A stretch of 64,000 bases of DNA from Alphaproteobacteria bacterium (GTDB taxonomy: Bacteria; Pseudomonadota; Alphaproteobacteria; CALKHQ01). The position numbers and the translations under genes are program-made. Positions 59,328-64,000 of the stretch are shown one piece after another (position 1 is the stretch's first letter; the number at the start of each line of letters is the position of its first letter). The notes under the pieces are model-generated. The model was given only the letters and a program-made list of their open reading frames with translations. It had not been told where the DNA came from and ran no database searches. The DNA lies in NCBI GenBank assembly GCA_965227515.1, contig CBDDFZ010000001.1, positions 3,456,001-3,520,000 of the forward strand, in the 5' to 3' direction.

Positions 59328-60318
59328 AGGCGAAAAAGTTATAACCGCGCGAGGCGCGTCGTTTCACGGCCTTGATCTGCGCAACATCTGTCATGTTGCG
59401 GAAGCGCGCGCCGTCAAAGAAGTACACATCCAGCCCCCTGGCCAACACGGCATGGCTGACGCTGCACGCGGGGTCGGCGCCATGATCCTCATAGATGATC
59501 AGGACATCGCGCCGCAGGGTGTCTGCCGCGCCTTCGAGTGCGTCGATCTCCGCGCCTTCGACATCCAGCTTCAAGACAATCGTCGCCGCATCGGGGCAAT
59601 GGTTCTGGACCAATACATCGACGCTGGTGGCCGGCGTATCCTCGCCACCAGACAGCGACTGCGATGGTGCTTCCGCCGAGATCGAGGCGCCGACATTGGA
59701 GATGTGATTGGGGTCGGTTCGGATCGTGACAGTTCCCTCGCCGGAAGACGTCGCTGCCGCGTGTACGCATGTGAACCGGTCAGCGTTGCGCGTCGCAATC
59801 GCCGCCAGCATGCGAAATGTGGCCGAGACAGGCTCCACCGCCACCGCTCTATGCGCCCCGAACGCCGGCGACGAAACAAGAACGCTCCAGAAGCCGTAGT
59901 TTGCACCGACATCAAGAAATACAAAATCCTCGGCGCCGATGGCCTCGAACACTGCCAGAAGCTCGGTTTCGTAGCTAAACTGGGGGCTGAGCAGGCGGTT
60001 CCAGTAGGGGTCGGCCAGGCGAAACGCGAACTGAGAACCGGCGCCGATCTCGATCTCGATTGTCTCGCCCCTGCGGGCCAACCGCGAAAGACGACTGTTG
60101 ATTGGGTAGTAGAACTTGCCACCGATCAGGGATGTCGCCCATCCGACACATTTTATGCACCAGGCGAGAAACCGCACGCGGAAAGGCACTTGTCCCGCAA
60201 GCCGATCGGCGACCGCGCCTTTCGACCAGGTGGCGTCGCCACGGCCAACCGAGAGGTCCTGCGCTGAACCGAGGAAATTTGCCTCATGCGCGTGATAACC
60301 GATGATCCGCCGCAGCAT
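59245..60318 (-). CDS. FkbM family SAM-dependent methyltransferase
   Basis: FLDVGANYG, AVEP, LKLDVEGAE; start uncertain. Confidence 0.85.
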   Translation of the reverse strand: MLRRIIGYHAHEANFLGSAQDLSVGRGDATWSKGAVADRLAGQVPFRVRFLAWCIKCVGWATSLIGGKFYYPINSRLSRLARRGETIEIEIGAGSQFAFRLADPYWNRLLSPQFSYETELLAVFEAIGAEDFVFLDVGANYGFWSVLVSSPAFGAHRAVAVEPVSATFRMLAAIATRNADRFTCVHAAATSSGEGTVTIRTDPNHISNVGASISAEAPSQSLSGGEDTPATSVDVLVQNHCPDAATIVLKLDVEGAEIDALEGAADTLRRDVLIIYEDHGADPACSVSHAVLARGLDVYFFDGARFRNMTDVAQIKAVKRRASRGYNFFAFKRRSALHRAFLHRVAQSPDRSTPTAA

Positions 60319-60412
60319 CCCTGAGTTCACCGAGACCTGCGGATCAACCACCGCGCCACGCCAACGGGCTCCGCAGGAGCTCGTTACCAAACGCGGCGCA
60401 CCGGCTGACCTG

Positions 60413-61219
60413 CTACCCATACCGCACCATGCCATCGGGGGCCGCGGCACCGGCCGCACGCACCGGCGCCAGGCCAATGCGCTGCAAACCGATCATCGCC
60501 AGGTACAACGGATTCAGGAAGACATACCGCCGCCATAGCCGGCGCGGTTCGCGGATCAGCCGATAGAGCCATTCCAGCCCGCGCTTCTGCCACCACTCCG
60601 GCGCCTGGGCGAGCTTGCCGGCGTGAAACGCGAACGCGGCCCCGACCGCGATCATCGGCATCGGCAGGTCCTCCAGGTGCTCGTAGACCCAGACCTCCTG
60701 GCGGGGGCAGCCCAGGCCGACGAATAGGATCGCGGCACCGCTGGCCTTGATCTCGCCGATCTCCTCGGCCCGCTCGGCGTCACTCAAGGTGCGAAAACGC
60801 GACGGACGGCAACCTGCGATGACAAGGTCGGGATACCTAGCCTCCAACCGCGCGGTCAACGCCGCCAGCATGTCGGCGTCGCTGCCCATGAAAAATACTG
60901 GCAGCTTCTCGCGCGCCGCCATTTCGCAGACCCGCAGCGTGAGGTTTGGGCCGTAGACGCGGTCCGGCAGTCGCTTGCGATGCAGCCAGCCGAGCGCCCA
61001 GCGCACAGGCTGCCCGTCGGGGACCAGCATGTCGAGGCGGTTGAGCCGGAACCGCTGCTGCCGGTCCAGCGCGCCCGTCATCAGGCCGTGCACGGCCAGC
61101 GCCGAGACGCCGAAGGCCCGCTTTTCCTGGGCGGCGATCCTGATCTTGTCGACCGCCGCGTCATAGTCGACACCGCTGACGCGCACGCCCAGGATCTCGT
61201 GCCGGCCCAGGTCAAGCAT
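60413..61219 (-). CDS. WecB/TagA/CpsF family glycosyltransferase
   Basis: [41 protein letters not shown]. Confidence 0.92.
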   Translation of the reverse strand: MLDLGRHEILGVRVSGVDYDAAVDKIRIAAQEKRAFGVSALAVHGLMTGALDRQQRFRLNRLDMLVPDGQPVRWALGWLHRKRLPDRVYGPNLTLRVCEMAAREKLPVFFMGSDADMLAALTARLEARYPDLVIAGCRPSRFRTLSDAERAEEIGEIKASGAAILFVGLGCPRQEVWVYEHLEDLPMPMIAVGAAFAFHAGKLAQAPEWWQKRGLEWLYRLIREPRRLWRRYVFLNPLYLAMIGLQRIGLAPVRAAGAAAPDGMVRYG

Positions 61220-62294
61220 GGGCGGCCTGGCGCTGCCACTTCTCCTGGTTCGCGTCATGGATTTCGCGGAGGATGGCATCGACGTCGTACGCAGGTTTCC
61301 ACGTTGGGTAGTCGGCCTGAAACGCCGACAGATCGCTGATCCACCAGATGTGGTCGCCGATCCGGTTCTCGTCCTTGTACTGCCAGTTCATCGCGCGGCC
61401 GGTCAGCTTCTCGCACGTGGCGATCGCTTCCAGCATCGAGCAGTTGGAGTACCGCCCACCGCCGATGTTGTAGACGGCGCCCGATTTCGGGTTGCTGTAG
61501 AACTGCTCGAACGCGGCGATCAGGTCGGCGCTGTGCAGGTTGTCGCGCACCTGCTTGGCCTTGTAGCCGAACACCGTGTAAGGCGTGCCGTCGATGGCGC
61601 ATTTCATCAGGTACGACAGGAAGCCGTGCAGCATTGCGCCGGAGTGGTTGGGGCCGGTCAGGCAGCCGCCCCGGAAACAGGCCGTCTTCATGCCGAAATA
61701 CCGGCCATACTCCTGTACCAGCACGTCGGCCGACAGCTTCGATGCCCCGAACAGGCTGTGCAGCGAGCCGTCGATGCTGAAGGATTCCGGGATGCCCTTC
61801 TCGTAGTCGTGGCCGGGCGCGATCTCCCATCGCGTCTCCAGTTCGACCAGTGGCAGGGAATTGGGGCGGTCGCCATAGACCTTGTTGGTCGAGGTGAAGA
61901 TGAAGACGGCGTCTGGCGCATGTCGCCGTGTCGCCTCCAGCATGTTCAGGGTGCCGGTGGCGTTGACCGCGAAATCGGTCTGCGGATCCTTGACTGCCCA
62001 GTCGTGCGAGGGCTGGGCCGCCGTGTGCACGACCAGTGAGATCTCGCGCCCGTAGCCGGCGAACAAACGGTCCAGGCTGTCGGCGTCGCGGATGTCGATG
62101 TCGGCGTGGGTGTACGCGCCCTTCAGGCTGGCCTCAACCGCCTGGCGCACCTGTGCGGTCGACGCGGACGCCCCAAAGAACTGGCGCCGCATGTCGTTGT
62201 CGATTCCGGCAACGTGGTGGCCTCGACCGGCGAAGTGGGATGCGGCCTCGGACCCGATCAGGCCTGACGACCCGGAGACAATGACGACGGACAT
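61212..62294 (-). CDS. NAD-dependent epimerase (CDP-paratose 2-epimerase-like)
   Basis: [35 protein letters not shown]. Confidence 0.85.
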   Translation of the reverse strand: MSVVIVSGSSGLIGSEAASHFAGRGHHVAGIDNDMRRQFFGASASTAQVRQAVEASLKGAYTHADIDIRDADSLDRLFAGYGREISLVVHTAAQPSHDWAVKDPQTDFAVNATGTLNMLEATRRHAPDAVFIFTSTNKVYGDRPNSLPLVELETRWEIAPGHDYEKGIPESFSIDGSLHSLFGASKLSADVLVQEYGRYFGMKTACFRGGCLTGPNHSGAMLHGFLSYLMKCAIDGTPYTVFGYKAKQVRDNLHSADLIAAFEQFYSNPKSGAVYNIGGGRYSNCSMLEAIATCEKLTGRAMNWQYKDENRIGDHIWWISDLSAFQADYPTWKPAYDVDAILREIHDANQEKWQRQAAHA

Positions 62295-62413
62295 TCGGTC
62301 AACCTATCAAGAGCGTGATCGGGCATTGTGCGCCGGCGACGGTGATATTTCCGTCAACGAACGGCGTCATCGGCCAATGCACGGCCCGGCACCGCCGTGA
62401 TGTTCGGCTGCGT

Positions 62414-63544
62414 CTACTCGGCTGCCGCGCGCCCCAGGTGCGCTTCGGCGGCCAGGCGACCCGATGCCAGCAACCCCTCGAAGTACTCCAGGGTGCGCGC
62501 CAATCCCACCTTCAGCGAAACCGTCGGCGCCCAGTCGAGCTCACGCCCGGCAAGCTCGATGTCGGGCCGGCGGCGCGTCGGATCGTCGGTCGGCAACGGC
62601 TGGAATACGATATCGACCTGGCTGCCCAGCAGGCCCCTCACCTCTTCGGCCAGCTCGATCATGGTCAACTCGATCGGATTGCCCAGATTGATCGGCCCGC
62701 AAACCGACGACGGCGCCATCGCAAGGCGGAAAATGCCCTCGACCGTGTCATCGACGTAGCAGAACGACCGCGTCTGCGAGCCATCGCCATAGATCGTCAG
62801 CGGCTCGCCCATCAGCGCCTGGCGCAGGAAGTTGCTGACGACACGCCCGTCGTACGGGTCCATGCGCGGGCCATAGGAGTTGAACAGGCGGCAAACACCG
62901 ATGTTGGTGCCGAACTGGCGCTGATAGTCGAACAGAATGGTCTCGGCGGCCCGTTTGCCCTCGTCATAGCAGGCGCGCGGCCCAATCGGGTTCACCGCGC
63001 CGCGATAATCCTCGGGCTGCGGATGTATCTCCGGGTCGCCATAGACCTCACTGGTCGAGGTGTGGACCAGCCGCGATCCGCATCGTTTCGCGATATCGCA
63101 GACATTGAACGCGCCATTGATGTTGGTGCGCATGGTGTGGAGCGGATCTGCCTGGTAACGGGGCGGCGACGCCGGGCAGGCCAGGTTGAAGATCAAATCG
63201 GCGCCGACCTCGATCGGCTCGATCACGTCTTGCTCCAGAAATTCGAACCGGCCGGACGCCAGCGCGAATTCGAGATTGTCGACAGAGCCGGTCAGCAGGT
63301 TGTCGACACCGACAACATGCCAGCCCTCGAAGATCAGGCAGTCCGTCAAGTGGGAGCCCAGGAAACCTGCGCACCCCGTCACCAAGGCGACCTTGCCGCG
63401 CGCGCCATTGTCGCGCCCTGCAGCGTCGCTATCGTTGGCGCTATCGTTGCGCGGCTGGTTGGCCGCCCGTCCGAAATCGGCCCGATGCACTGTCGTTTTC
63501 GACGCCGCCTCCTCGCGGCGAAAACCGGCCTTGCCCACCCTCAT
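62414..63544 (-). CDS. UDP-glucuronate decarboxylase (UDP-xylose synthase)
   Basis: GCAGFLGSHL, LACPASP, STSEVYGDP, RACYDEGKR, DGRVVSNF, DDPTRRRPDI; AAGGAG RBS before ATG 63544. Confidence 0.9.
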   Translation of the reverse strand: MRVGKAGFRREEAASKTTVHRADFGRAANQPRNDSANDSDAAGRDNGARGKVALVTGCAGFLGSHLTDCLIFEGWHVVGVDNLLTGSVDNLEFALASGRFEFLEQDVIEPIEVGADLIFNLACPASPPRYQADPLHTMRTNINGAFNVCDIAKRCGSRLVHTSTSEVYGDPEIHPQPEDYRGAVNPIGPRACYDEGKRAAETILFDYQRQFGTNIGVCRLFNSYGPRMDPYDGRVVSNFLRQALMGEPLTIYGDGSQTRSFCYVDDTVEGIFRLAMAPSSVCGPINLGNPIELTMIELAEEVRGLLGSQVDIVFQPLPTDDPTRRRPDIELAGRELDWAPTVSLKVGLARTLEYFEGLLASGRLAAEAHLGRAAAE

Positions 63545-64000
63545 GGCAGCTCCTTGCGTCTCCGGTCGAAACTGACAGGTGCTCGCAGTAACGGGCCCGA
63601 TGGCCACGGCGCACTATCGATCGAACCACTTGGGATCGACTACCGCTGACCATGTTGCCTTATACATACGATACCGCAGTTGGCGTCGTGCACCGCAGCG
63701 TCACCAACTGTCAAGCTACCGCCCCAAAGACCTCGTCTGACTATCGACAAGGCGTGCGACCTGGGAAAACCCTGAAATCGCAAACACTTGCCGCCCCCAG
63801 CCACATACATGTGACTATCCACACATTCATATTCATGAACTAAGATTCAGAATATGGCAAGAATGCAAACATTCTTGGCTTTGTTCGAAAACGTAACAAA
63901 GCGAGCCGTATCCACCCATGCCCCCACCGTCGCGCACGGTCACACCGTGATGCCGCGATAATCCTCTGTCTTCGGCGAGGGTGTTGGTATCAGCCTTGCT

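Overview
GC-rich alphaproteobacterial chromosome segment, probably from a Rhodospirillales-like organism (inferred from gene content and order). (1) 1-19.1 kb is housekeeping: smpB, dapA, soluble lytic transglycosylase, two PLP enzymes, an Fe3+ permease with a candidate Fur box, infC with an ATC start, thrS, a partial dpp operon, folD-yggU-yggT and tRNA-Ala(CGC). (2) 19.2-30.3 kb is an accessory block directly after the tRNA. It holds two 90-bp hairpin repeats ending in CACCA, a solo IS3 orfA and the main find, a secreted fibre/anchor locus. That locus has two paralogous CsgG/HfaB outer-membrane lipoproteins, a three-repeat beta-rich secreted protein (HfaD/amyloid-like), two small Cys-pair secreted proteins (HfaA-like) and a CelD/BcsL GNAT. 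An atypical LuxR regulator, further lipoproteins and an OmpA protein follow. (3) 30.4-48.4 kb is a choline/amine catabolic region: choline-kinase-like plus GcvT-type dehydrogenase, betIBA, choXWV, a Pot-like ABC transporter and a phosphonate-monoester-hydrolase-like enzyme. (4) 48.5-64 kb is a Wzx/Wzy polysaccharide locus: WcaJ-type priming enzyme, Wzc, ligase-like protein, Wzx, Wzy, GT4, FkbM, WecB/TagA, epimerase and Uxs. Blocks 2 and 4 together resemble the parts list of the Caulobacter holdfast in a different architecture. All family calls come from reading motifs by eye; no searches were run.
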